Shown in pieces: positions 9,908-19,544 of a stretch of DNA of 64,000 nt. A model generated the notes under the pieces. That model saw nothing but the letters and a program-made list of their open reading frames with translations. It did no database searches and was not told the DNA's origin. The stretch covers positions 5,408,001 through 5,472,000 of the forward strand of contig OZ245046.1 of the NCBI GenBank assembly GCA_965224245.1. Direction: 5' to 3'. This DNA comes from Candidatus Eiseniibacteriota bacterium. GTDB lineage: Bacteria; Eisenbacteria; RBG-16-71-46; CAZAMP01. A program made the position numbers and the translations under genes. Position 1 is the first letter of the stretch; every line of letters begins with the position of its first letter.

Positions 9908-10692
9908 CCGACCTTTGTCGGCTCCGCTCGGCGACCGGCGGCCGCCGCTCGACCGTGCACGGGGAGGAGGATGCGACATCGAACGCCGCGGTCCTCCGAC
10001 ATCGAGACGTCCACCGATCCGCCGATCTGGTTGAGGCGTGCGTACACCGTCGGAAGGCCGAACCCCACGGCCTTTCCGACCGCTTTGGTGGTGAAGAACG
10101 GCTCGAAGATGAGATCACGGATCTCGTCGGTGATCCCGGCGCCGTCGTCGGTGATCTCGACCACGGCCCACTCGACGCCGTCGTCGCGGCGGCGGGAGAC
10201 GTCGATCTGGATCGGGCCACCGCCGGGCATCGCTTCGGCGGCGTTGGCCACGATGCTGTCCAGGATCTCGGCCAGCACGCTCTCCTGGATCGTGATGCGC
10301 ATCGGGCTCTCGGACGACGCGAGGCCGATCCGACAGCCGGAGGCGACGCTGTCGCACCAGCGCCCGCGCGCGTTCCGTATCCACTCGATCAGGTCCAGCT
10401 CGGTCGGGGCATCGCGACACGGTCGGGTCATGTTCAGGAGACGCTCGGTCAAGGACGCGGCGCGACGCGACACGTCGTCGATTCCGTCCAGGCAGCTCCT
10501 CCACCGCGGTGCGTCCTCCGGCGGAAGGTCACTCTCGACCATGTCCCGCAGAAGCTCAACGTTGCCGAGGATCGCGGTCAGCACGTTGTTGATGTCGTGT
10601 GCGATGCCGCTCGTGACGCGGGCGATCGCGTCCATCTTCCGGGGGTCGAGGCCGGCTCTCTGATCACGCCCACGCGTCGCCAATCTACGCAT
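9904..10692 (-). CDS. Sensor-less histidine kinase core (HisKA + HATPase_c)
   Basis: H-box [11 protein letters not shown]1 ITDDGAGI, F-box IFEPFFTTK; no sensor or receiver domain. Confidence 0.82.
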   Translation of the reverse strand: MRRLATRGRDQRAGLDPRKMDAIARVTSGIAHDINNVLTAILGNVELLRDMVESDLPPEDAPRWRSCLDGIDDVSRRAASLTERLLNMTRPCRDAPTELDLIEWIRNARGRWCDSVASGCRIGLASSESPMRITIQESVLAEILDSIVANAAEAMPGGGPIQIDVSRRRDDGVEWAVVEITDDGAGITDEIRDLIFEPFFTTKAVGKAVGFGLPTVYARLNQIGGSVDVSMSEDRGVRCRILLPVHGRAAAAGRRAEPTKVG

Positions 10693-11004
10693 CGGATACC
10701 GTTCCCACGTTGGGGTTGTCGAGACCCCGGCACGGAGGCGACGAGCGAACGTCCCGGACGGACCGACCCGAAGAGGTGGGCGGCGATGGACGCTGCGCTG
10801 GGCGGGGCGCGGGCGGCATCGACTCGGGGCCGGCTGTCACGGGCATTTCGTCGCGTTCATGAGCCGGGCAGTGCATGTTCCAGAGTGCGGCAATTGGATC
10901 TCTGGAGTTGGGTATCGACGACGACCCGAAATGCCTTAGCGCGAAGGCGATCGCCGTTCGGAGCCGGTGCCGGATCAGGCCGCTCGGGCCGGCGGTGGCC
11001 GACG

Positions 11005-14000
11005 TCAGCCGACGGGATGCGTCGGCCGGTCGAGTCGCGCGTATGCGATGGCCACGGTCACCGCGAGGAGCGCCAGGACGATGGGGGCCGGCGCCACGTA
11101 CGTCGCGACGGCGACACCGAGCCCGGCCAGTAGAACCAGCGCCAGAAGTCCGGCGCCCGCGCGTGTGGTTCGCGGGATGAGAAGGGGCAGCACACACACG
11201 ACCGGCGCAACGGTCCAGACGGCCGATCCCATCGGTGCCTCGCGGACGGCGGTCGTCCAGTACGACGCGGCCAGTGTCGTCCAGCACACCAGGACCGTGG
11301 CGAACGCCACCAGGAGGACACCGGCCAGCGACAGCGGCAGCGCCCAGAGACGCGGCCGGTCGGCCCAGAGGCTCCGCACGAGACTCGACAGCGCGGCCGT
11401 CGACAGGACGGCCACGATCCCGATCGCGACGATCCGAACCGATGACCAATCGGCGATGCGTGTCGTCACCGCCTCGGGAAGGGGGAACGCCGTGCGGTTC
11501 ACGAACGGCAGCGTGCCGAACACGAGGATGCCGGCGATCGTGACCGCGCTCGTGTGGACGAGGCTCGACCGCCAGGCAGCCTCGAGGCGCCATCGGACGC
11601 GAATGGCACCGTAGTAGAGCGCGGGCAACACCAGCACGAGGAGAACGGTGCTGGCCGCCAGGCCACCGATGGAGGACCAGGCGAGGTTCTCCCAGATGTC
11701 CTGACCCTGTTGTGCCTGCTCGGGAATGAAAGGCTCGAGGTAGCGTCCGAAGCGCCCGAGCTTGTCGGCCAGCCAGGCGACGTCGACGACGAGCGGCAAC
11801 AGCCCGACGATCGTCGTCCCGCTGGTCAGCAGAATCGATCGGAGGCGGATCCGGGTCCCCCGCGCGATGGCGCGGCGAAGCAGGGGCCCTCGCTCGTGCC
11901 GGGGCAGGCGCGACAGATCGGAGCCTCCAAGGACGCGCGACCGCCCGAACCAGCTCGCCGGCGGGTCGGCGGCGCCACGCGACCGGAGGATCAGCTCGGC
12001 CTCGGTGCGGAAGCGACTGGTGAGGAGGATCGCGTTGTTGACCACGATGCCGAACAGGAGCACGAGTCCGACCCGCGCCGAGGAGTCGAAGGCCTTGCCG
12101 TTCTGCCAGAAGATCATCACAACCCCGACCAGCGCCAGCGGCACCGACGAGAGCACCAGGAACGGTAGCGACCCGCTCTCGAAGAGGGCTGCGAGGATCA
12201 TGAAGATGAACGCCGCCGCCAGCACGAGCGTGAGCCGGAGGTCCTCTTCCTCCTCCTGGGTGAGGAAGCTCTGGGAGCCCTCCTCCGCCTCGTAGCCGTA
12301 TGGCAGCTCCATTCCGTCGAGCACGTTCGCGATGTACGAGCGGCGCATCTTGTCGGTGCCCACGTACTCCCAGTTCACCTTGACCGAGTAGCGCTGATCG
12401 GTGCGTGTGACCGGCCCGGTGAGGGGCTCGGTCTGCACGGCCACCACGTCCCCCAGGTGGATCTGATCGCCGCTCGGCGTCACGATCGGCGTGGACTCGA
12501 CATCGGCGAACTGGATCGTCTCGGCGTCGTCGAACGTCAGCTGCACGCGCTCCTGCTTGCCGTCGATGAGCATGCTCCAGGGGACGTCGACGCCGAGGAT
12601 GCGGCGGATGCGGGCCGACAGCTCGGCCACCGTCAGCCCGTGCTGGGCCAGCCGTTCCCGGTCGAGCGTGATCACGGTCTCCTCCAGGGACGAGCGCTCG
12701 AACCGCCCCCCCGTGGTGATCCGCGCGTTGCGCACCCGACGCTGGCGGGACACCTGGCGCAGCGTCCGCTCGGCGATCTCGTTCAGCCGTTTCGAGTTGT
12801 AGCCCGTGAGCTCGATCAGGGAGTTCAGCGACGAGCCGCCGAACGAGCCCTTGAAGTACGGCGCGTCGGCGAAGCCGCGAATGAAGATCGTCGTGCCCGC
12901 GGTGGCGTCGGCCTGCTCGACGAGGAGCGAGCGATAGAGCGTCGGCGTCGGGGTGACCAGGAGCTCGCGGTCGAACTCCACGCGCAGCACGGCCTGGTTG
13001 TCGAAGACCTGCGCGCGGGCGCGCGCGCCTTCGGGAACCGGGTCCAGCAGCTCCTCGAAGCCGAGGAGTGTCTCGGACGTCACGCGAACGTCGGTGCCCG
13101 CCGGCATCTCCAGGTACATGAAAAGCTCTTCGGACTCCGGAAACCCGGCGAAGCCACCCTTGAAGACCTCCTCGTCGTAGATCTTCCAGGCCCATCCGAA
13201 GAGCACCAGGGTAGCCGGCAGCACGAGCCACCACACCCGGATCCAGGGGCTCAGGAGACGCTCGAGCCAGGTGGGGCCTTCCTCGGTCGCGGGCCGGTCG
13301 GTCACGAAGCCCTCGAGCGCCTTCTCGTCGGTGAGGTCCCGGTCCCCGTCCGGGGTGTGCGAGACGATCCAGCGCGCCCATCCCTGGTTCAGCACCACGG
13401 GGATCCAGGCGAAGGCGATGAAGATCGACGCGGCCATCGCCGTGGTCACCGAGATCGCCAGCGGGATGTAGTACAGGGCCAGGCGCCCGGACAGGAAGAT
13501 GAACGAGAAGAACGCCACGATCGTGGTCAGCGTCGTGGCCAGGATCGGGAACATGACCTCGTTGGTTCCCGCCACGATCATCCGCGCGGCCACGCGCACC
13601 TTGGCCGCCCCCGTGAGTCCCGCGCTCGCCGCCTGCTCCAGTGCGTGCAGGCGGCGATGGATCGCGTCCAGGACCAGGATGCTGTTGTCGAGGATCAGCC
13701 CGAAGCAGACGGTCAGTCCCGAGATCGTGATGAAGTTGACCGAGAGCCTGAGGAAGTAGAAGAGGCTCAGGCAGATCACGATCGCAAAGAAGATCGACGC
13801 GACCACCGTGGCCGTCAGCCGCACCTGCCGCAGGGAGATCACCAGCAACAGGAACAGCAGGAGCAGGATCACACCCGACCGTGCGATCAGCTCTCGCAGC
13901 TTGTCCTCGAGATCGCGTCCGAGATCCTCGTCGATCGAGAACGTGACCTCGAACGGCACCGTGGCCTGGATCTCGGGAAGCGCAGCCCGAACGCGCCGGC

Positions 14001-14883
14001 TCACGCCGACCGAGTTGGATCCGCTTCGCTTCTCGACCCGGGCCTGGACCACGTTCCGGCCGTTCTCGCGCACGAAGTAGGTGGGATCGTCGAAGTCCTC
14101 CTCGACGGTGCCGAGCATCTGGAGCGTGTACGTGCGCTCCCCGCGTCGGGCGACGACGGCTCGTCGCAGCGCGTCGAGGTCGATGTCGCCGCGGATGGCC
14201 ACCAGCTTGTCCTCACCGTCGGTGTGAACGAGGCCGGCGGCCTGGAGGTCGTCGAGGCTGACCAGCGTCCGGAACACCTCGTCGGCGGTGATCCCGCGCA
14301 GGCGCAGTGCCGTGCGGTCCAGCGCGATCTTGATGATCGGCTCGGCGCCGCCCAGGATGCGGGCGTCGGCCACGCCCTCGACCGCCAGCAGGCGGGGCAC
14401 GATCCACGTCTCGGCCATGTCGCGTAGCGTGTTCGGGTCCAGGTGGGACTCGAGGCTGACGCTGAAGAACTCGTCGGTCTCGAACTCCTCGGGCACGAAG
14501 GCGGAGATCTCGGGCTGACCTGCGTTCAGCGGCAGGTTGCGGCGCACCGTCCCCAGCTGCTCGTTCAGCTCCAGACGCGCGAAGTCGATCTCCACGTCGC
14601 GGCGAAACTCCACCGCGACCGTCGACCGTCCGGCGCGGCTGGTGGAGCGGACGTGCTCGACGCCGTGCACCTTGCGGGCGGCCTCCTCGATCGGGAGCGT
14701 GATCGAGCGCTGCACGGCCTGCGGCGACGCACCGTTCCAGAGGGTCTGGATGGACAGCGACGGCAGGTCCACGTCGGGGATGGCCTCGACCTCCAGCCGG
14801 GGAACGGCGTAGAGCCCCAGCACGACGAACGCCGTGAAGAGCATCCACGTCATCACCGGATGGCGGACGAAGTACCGCGTCAT
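11005..14883 (-). CDS. RND permease (AcrB-like) with an extra C-terminal membrane extension
   Basis: True start MTRYFVRHPV at 14883, overlapping the upstream stop; motifs GASPQAVQRSITLPIEE, LILDNSILV, GIVVNNAIL and RLRSILLTSGTT. Confidence 0.88.
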   Translation of the reverse strand: MTRYFVRHPVMTWMLFTAFVVLGLYAVPRLEVEAIPDVDLPSLSIQTLWNGASPQAVQRSITLPIEEAARKVHGVEHVRSTSRAGRSTVAVEFRRDVEIDFARLELNEQLGTVRRNLPLNAGQPEISAFVPEEFETDEFFSVSLESHLDPNTLRDMAETWIVPRLLAVEGVADARILGGAEPIIKIALDRTALRLRGITADEVFRTLVSLDDLQAAGLVHTDGEDKLVAIRGDIDLDALRRAVVARRGERTYTLQMLGTVEEDFDDPTYFVRENGRNVVQARVEKRSGSNSVGVSRRVRAALPEIQATVPFEVTFSIDEDLGRDLEDKLRELIARSGVILLLLFLLLVISLRQVRLTATVVASIFFAIVICLSLFYFLRLSVNFITISGLTVCFGLILDNSILVLDAIHRRLHALEQAASAGLTGAAKVRVAARMIVAGTNEVMFPILATTLTTIVAFFSFIFLSGRLALYYIPLAISVTTAMAASIFIAFAWIPVVLNQGWARWIVSHTPDGDRDLTDEKALEGFVTDRPATEEGPTWLERLLSPWIRVWWLVLPATLVLFGWAWKIYDEEVFKGGFAGFPESEELFMYLEMPAGTDVRVTSETLLGFEELLDPVPEGARARAQVFDNQAVLRVEFDRELLVTPTPTLYRSLLVEQADATAGTTIFIRGFADAPYFKGSFGGSSLNSLIELTGYNSKRLNEIAERTLRQVSRQRRVRNARITTGGRFERSSLEETVITLDRERLAQHGLTVAELSARIRRILGVDVPWSMLIDGKQERVQLTFDDAETIQFADVESTPIVTPSGDQIHLGDVVAVQTEPLTGPVTRTDQRYSVKVNWEYVGTDKMRRSYIANVLDGMELPYGYEAEEGSQSFLTQEEEEDLRLTLVLAAAFIFMILAALFESGSLPFLVLSSVPLALVGVVMIFWQNGKAFDSSARVGLVLLFGIVVNNAILLTSRFRTEAELILRSRGAADPPASWFGRSRVLGGSDLSRLPRHERGPLLRRAIARGTRIRLRSILLTSGTTIVGLLPLVVDVAWLADKLGRFGRYLEPFIPEQAQQGQDIWENLAWSSIGGLAASTVLLVLVLPALYYGAIRVRWRLEAAWRSSLVHTSAVTIAGILVFGTLPFVNRTAFPLPEAVTTRIADWSSVRIVAIGIVAVLSTAALSSLVRSLWADRPRLWALPLSLAGVLLVAFATVLVCWTTLAASYWTTAVREAPMGSAVWTVAPVVCVLPLLIPRTTRAGAGLLALVLLAGLGVAVATYVAPAPIVLALLAVTVAIAYARLDRPTHPVG

Positions 14884-17800
14884 GCGAGGCTCTCCTCGGA
14901 CGCCGCCGTCTCGTGCACCCCGGATCCCGGATCCCGGATGCGGTGGGCGAGCATGTACAGGATGGGCGTGAAGATGAGCGTGGTCGCCGTGGTCAGCGCC
15001 AGTCCGCCGATGATCGTGATCGCCAGCGGCCGCTGGAGCTGCTCGCCGCTGCCGAGCCCGATGGCCATCGGCAGCATCGCCAGAATCGTGGTGACCGTCG
15101 TCATCAGGATGGGCCGGAACCGGAGTCGGCTGCCCTCCACGATCGCCTCGAACGGCGGCAGACCGCCGGCGCGTAGCCGGCGGATCGTGTCCACCTTCAC
15201 GATGGCGTCGTTCACCGCGATTCCGAGCAGCGCCAGCACGCCGATCAGCGACAGGATGTTGATCGTGTTGCCGGTCACGGCGATCGCGAGGATCGAGCCG
15301 GCCAGCCCGATGGGGATCACGCCCGCGATCAGCAGCGGGTCCAGGAACGACTCGAACTGGGCGGCCAGGATCATGTAGACGAGCAGCACCGCCAGCACCA
15401 TCGCCCATCCGAGGTCCCGAAACGAGTCGTGCATCGCCGCCTGCTCACCCCCCTGGACGAGCGTCACGCCGCCGAACGGCCCCATCTCGTCGGCGATCGT
15501 CATCGCGTCGGACCAGACGTCGCTGAAGCCGCGTCCGCTCACGTCGGCCGTGATGGACACCATGCGTCGCTGATCGCGCCGCACGAGCTCGCGTACCGGC
15601 CGCTCCTCACTGAGGGTCACGAAGCTCCGGAGCGGCACGGTCTCGCCGGCCCCCACCATGATCGGCGAATCGAGGGCGGCGGTCAGGTCCTCGCGCTTGT
15701 GGCGCGGCAGCCGGACGGCGATGTCGATCCGCTGCTCCACCTCGTTGAACGTGGTCGCCTCGACGCCGGCCAGGCGGTTGCGGAGCTCGGCGGCGATGCG
15801 GTCGGGGTCGAGCCCGTTCTGGAGGATGCGCTCCCGATCCAGATGCGCGACCACGTTGGCGGTTCCGATGACGCGGTCGATCCGGATGTCGGTGAGCCCG
15901 TCCACCGAGGCGAGCTCGGCGGCGAGGGTCTCGGCCACCGACAGCGCCTCGGCCGCGTCGTCCGAGACGACCCCGAGCGTGAACGCCGACTCGCCGGACG
16001 CCAGCAGCTCGTCCAGACCGATTCCCTCGTCACGGAACACGTAGGCGAGACCCGGCTGCGCCTCCAGTCGGGCCACGATCGCGTCTCGGGTTTCCTGTGA
16101 ACGCCCGGCCGCGCCCCGTCCCGGATGGAGGATGATCCGCATGCGGCTCGTGTTCGGCGCCGCGTAGTCCTGCATGGCGGCCAGCGTCTTCTCGGTCCGC
16201 CCCACCTGCGTGAAGACGCGCGCCACCGACGGGTCGGAGTCGATCCAGCGGGCCAGGTCCTGCGTGAAGCTCTCGGTCTCCTCGAGCGGGGTCCCGGCCG
16301 GGAGCTCGATGTCGAGCCTCAGATCGCCACCGGACCGCGCGGGCATGAAGCCTCGATCGAGACGGGTGCCCACGACGGCCACCACGGTCAGCGACAGCAC
16401 GAGCAGCCCCAGATGCAGCACCGGCCGCCGCATGGATCGGAGCAAGAGTCCGTGATGGATGCGAGCCAGCGCGCTCAGCCCGGACTGGAAGAGCCGGAAG
16501 ATCGGCGCCGCATGGCCCGTCCGTAGCGCCAGGACGCGTGCGGCGAGCATCGGCTGGAGCAGAAGCGCCGCCGCCACCGACACCAGGAGGCTGAACGTGA
16601 CGGTCAGCGCCTGGTCCCGGAAGAAGGCGCCGGCGATGCCGGGCACGTAGACCACGGGAAAGAACACCGCGATCGTCGTGAACGTCGCCGCCGCGACCGC
16701 TCGGGCCACCTCGCTCGTGCCCGTGTACGCGGCCTCGGCCACGGTGGTCCGCTCGTCGCTCCCCGAGCGACGGAGCTCGAGATGTCGACTCACGTTCTCG
16801 AGCACGACGATGGCGTTGTCGACCAGCATGCCCGCGGCCAGCGAGAGCCCGCCGAGGCTCATCAGGTTCAGCTTCACGTCGCCGAAGTACAGCAGCGCGA
16901 ACGTGATCGTGATCGAGACCGGGATCGAGATCCCGACCACGATGGGGCTGCGCGCATCGGACAGGAAGACGAACAGAACCAGGAACGCCAGCATGCCGCC
17001 GACGATCAGCGACTGGACGAGCCCCGCGAACGAGGCGCGAACGTAGTCGGCGTCGCGGTAGATGAACGCGAAGCCGAAGTCGCCGTAGTCGGACGTGAGC
17101 GCGGTGAGCGCGGTATCGATGCTCTCGGAGACCTGGATCGTGTTGGCCTCGGGCTCCTTGTACACCAGCAGCGACACCACGCGCCGGTCCGCCAGCAGGG
17201 TGTGTCCCTCGGGCTCCTTGAAGCCATCGACGACGTCGGCCACGTCGCCGATCTGAACCGCGCTCGCGCCACGGCGGCGGATCTCGGTGGTCCGGATGTC
17301 GTCCAGCGTCTCGTACTCGCCGGCGATGCGGAGGCTCAGACGGAGCGGCCCCTGCCGGATCTTCCCTCCCGGGAACGAGACGTTGGCCTGGCTGAGCGCC
17401 TGGCGGATGTCGTCGAGCTGGATCCCGTAGATGGCCAGCCGCTCGGGATCGGGGCTCACCAGGATCTCGCGATCGCGTCCCCCGACGACCTCGGCCTGGC
17501 TGACGCCGTGCACCTGCTCCAGCGCGGGCTTGACCACCTCGGTCGCGAAGTCGGTGAGGGCACCGATCTGATCGGACCCTTCCAGGACCAGGATGCTGAT
17601 CGGACGCGACGTGGGGTCCCAGCGCAGGATGACCGGGCGGTCCGCGTCCTCGGGGAAGTCCTGCCGGAACGCCACGCGATCGATCGCTTCCCGGAGATGG
17701 AGGTTCGCGAAGTCCATCTCGGTGCCCCACTCGTACTCCACCGTGACCATGGAGACGCCTTCGCGCGAGCGTGAGACGGTGCGGCGAACCCCGGCCAGCG

Positions 17801-18011
17801 CGGTCACGGTCTCCTCGATGGGCTGGGTGACCAGACGTTCGAGATCCTCGGCGGGTACGTCGTCGTAGACGGTGAGCACGGTCAGGCGCGGATACGTGAC
17901 CTGGGGCAGCAGGTCGACCGGCAGCTTCCGGTAGCTGATCGCGCCGATCAGGACCAGGGCCAGAAACAGCATCGAGATCGCGATGGGACGCTCGATCGCC
18001 GCTCGCAGCAT
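14880..18011 (-). CDS. RND permease (AcrB/AcrD/AcrF family)
   Basis: 1043 aa; ERLVTQPIEE, GMLVDNAIVVLEN, RFRPILMTTVTT, PLAITIIGGL. Confidence 0.93.
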   Translation of the reverse strand: MLRAAIERPIAISMLFLALVLIGAISYRKLPVDLLPQVTYPRLTVLTVYDDVPAEDLERLVTQPIEETVTALAGVRRTVSRSREGVSMVTVEYEWGTEMDFANLHLREAIDRVAFRQDFPEDADRPVILRWDPTSRPISILVLEGSDQIGALTDFATEVVKPALEQVHGVSQAEVVGGRDREILVSPDPERLAIYGIQLDDIRQALSQANVSFPGGKIRQGPLRLSLRIAGEYETLDDIRTTEIRRRGASAVQIGDVADVVDGFKEPEGHTLLADRRVVSLLVYKEPEANTIQVSESIDTALTALTSDYGDFGFAFIYRDADYVRASFAGLVQSLIVGGMLAFLVLFVFLSDARSPIVVGISIPVSITITFALLYFGDVKLNLMSLGGLSLAAGMLVDNAIVVLENVSRHLELRRSGSDERTTVAEAAYTGTSEVARAVAAATFTTIAVFFPVVYVPGIAGAFFRDQALTVTFSLLVSVAAALLLQPMLAARVLALRTGHAAPIFRLFQSGLSALARIHHGLLLRSMRRPVLHLGLLVLSLTVVAVVGTRLDRGFMPARSGGDLRLDIELPAGTPLEETESFTQDLARWIDSDPSVARVFTQVGRTEKTLAAMQDYAAPNTSRMRIILHPGRGAAGRSQETRDAIVARLEAQPGLAYVFRDEGIGLDELLASGESAFTLGVVSDDAAEALSVAETLAAELASVDGLTDIRIDRVIGTANVVAHLDRERILQNGLDPDRIAAELRNRLAGVEATTFNEVEQRIDIAVRLPRHKREDLTAALDSPIMVGAGETVPLRSFVTLSEERPVRELVRRDQRRMVSITADVSGRGFSDVWSDAMTIADEMGPFGGVTLVQGGEQAAMHDSFRDLGWAMVLAVLLVYMILAAQFESFLDPLLIAGVIPIGLAGSILAIAVTGNTINILSLIGVLALLGIAVNDAIVKVDTIRRLRAGGLPPFEAIVEGSRLRFRPILMTTVTTILAMLPMAIGLGSGEQLQRPLAITIIGGLALTTATTLIFTPILYMLAHRIRDPGSGVHETAASEESLA

Positions 18012-18055
18012 GAAGTCCCCTCTGGGGCGCTAGTGCCCCGCGTCGGAGCGGAACC

Positions 18056-19366
18056 CTAGTCGATCGCCCACGGATCGACCGTGGGACGGACGCGCTTGAC
18101 CTTGATCTTCGCGTCGTGCGCGAGGGTCAGGTGGTTCTCCACGACGACCTGGTCGCCGTCGGTGAGCGATCCGCCTTGCAGCACCTCGGCGATCTCGATC
18201 ATCGACTCGTTGCGGGCGCCGAGCTCGACGTACACCCACTTCGATCGATCATCCTCGACGCGGAAGACGAGGGGTCGGCCGTCACGGGTGAGGATGGCCT
18301 CGTGGGGCACCATCAGGCGATCGTGAAGCACGTCGCCGGCGATCGCGGCTCTCACGTACATGCCGGGCTTCGAGCTTCCGTCGGCGTTGTCGAGCTCGAC
18401 GAGGACGTGACAGGTCCGCGTGTCGGGATCGACCGTGCTCCCCACGACGTCCACGCGCGCGCTGACGGTGTCGCCGAGCGCGGTGATCTCCAGCAGGCAC
18501 GGGCGTCCGGCCACGAGCCCCTTGAGATCGGACTCGAGGACGTTGACGCGAGCCCGCAGGTGTCGCTCGTTGACGATGCTGCAGATCGTCGTCCCGACGG
18601 CGACCTGCTCGCCTTCGGCGATGGTCAGGTTCTCGACGATGCCCGCGAACGGCGCGCGAAACGCCGTTCGTTCCAGATCGAGACGTGCGCGGAGCAGGGC
18701 CGCTCGGGCGCCCGCGATCCCGCTGCGCGCGACCACGACGTCCTTGCGATACGCACCGGACCGGATGGCCTCGAACTCGCGCTCGATGTCCGAGAGATCG
18801 GGATCGTCCGGGTCGGTGCCGGTGTCCGGGCTGTCGAGGGCCGCGCGCAGCTCGCTCACGTCGACCCCTTCGGCGGCCAGGCGGGCCAGCGATTCGCGGT
18901 ACTCGGACTCGCGCTCGTCGACCTCGATCTGGTACTCGCGAGGGTCAATCTCGGCGATGAGCTGGCCCTTCCGGACGTGATCCCCTTCGTTCACCGCCAG
19001 TCGCAAGAGACGTCCACGGACCTCGGCCTCCAGCTCGGCCCGGTAGCGCGACTCGATGCGACCCTCGGCAATGATCGGGAGCACGAGATCGCCGCGGACG
19101 ACGTCGGCGGCCTCGACCGAGATGGTGCGCTCCCGCGACGCGCGGGCGGACGGCCGCGCGTCGGTGGAGTCGGCGTCGGCGGCGGTGGAGTCTGCCGACG
19201 CGCCGGCATCGGCCTCGGACTCGACCTGACATCCGACCTCGGCGAGAAGGCCGGTGAGAAGGGCCAGCGCGAGCCCGAGCGCGCCCAGCCCGCTGGCGGG
19301 TCGGGGCGGCCGTCGGGGACCACGTGAGACCCGGGATCGGGACGCGGTCGATGCTTGGTGGACCAC
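18056..19366 (-). CDS. RND efflux periplasmic adaptor (MFP)
   Basis: VNEGDHVRKGQLIAEID, RAPFAGIV and KPGMYVRA motifs; start approximate. Confidence 0.88.
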   Translation of the reverse strand: MVHQASTASRSRVSRGPRRPPRPASGLGALGLALALLTGLLAEVGCQVESEADAGASADSTAADADSTDARPSARASRERTISVEAADVVRGDLVLPIIAEGRIESRYRAELEAEVRGRLLRLAVNEGDHVRKGQLIAEIDPREYQIEVDERESEYRESLARLAAEGVDVSELRAALDSPDTGTDPDDPDLSDIEREFEAIRSGAYRKDVVVARSGIAGARAALLRARLDLERTAFRAPFAGIVENLTIAEGEQVAVGTTICSIVNERHLRARVNVLESDLKGLVAGRPCLLEITALGDTVSARVDVVGSTVDPDTRTCHVLVELDNADGSSKPGMYVRAAIAGDVLHDRLMVPHEAILTRDGRPLVFRVEDDRSKWVYVELGARNESMIEIAEVLQGGSLTDGDQVVVENHLTLAHDAKIKVKRVRPTVDPWAID

Positions 19367-19496
19367 TGGTCAGCTCCGGCGTGAGGAGGTGCGGCTCGGG
19401 CTCGCGACGCGTTCACGCGAGTCCGAGCCGCCACGGTCGAATCGGAAGGAGTCTACCCGAAACCGATCCGAACCCCGAGCCGGACTCGCGCGGCCG

Positions 19497-19540
19497 CGAT
19501 CGGGCCCACGATCGGCCCACGATCGGGCCCACGATCGGGC
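19497..19540. repeat. Intergenic minisatellite of four units (consensus CGATCGGGCCCA)
   Basis: cgatcgggccca / cgatcggccca / cgatcgggccca / cgatcgggc. Confidence 0.85.
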
Positions 19541-19544
19541 TTGA

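Noticed and set aside
10685..13381. Long alternative-frame and antisense ORFs (e.g. 898 aa at 10685-13381, 988 aa at 50014-52980, 700 aa at 45453-47555)
   Set aside because: Arg/Pro/Gly-rich shadow ORFs expected at this GC content; they overlap well-supported genes and carry no motifs.
19497..19540. Possible CRISPR array
   Set aside because: Units are 11-12 bp with no spacers, and no cas genes are present.
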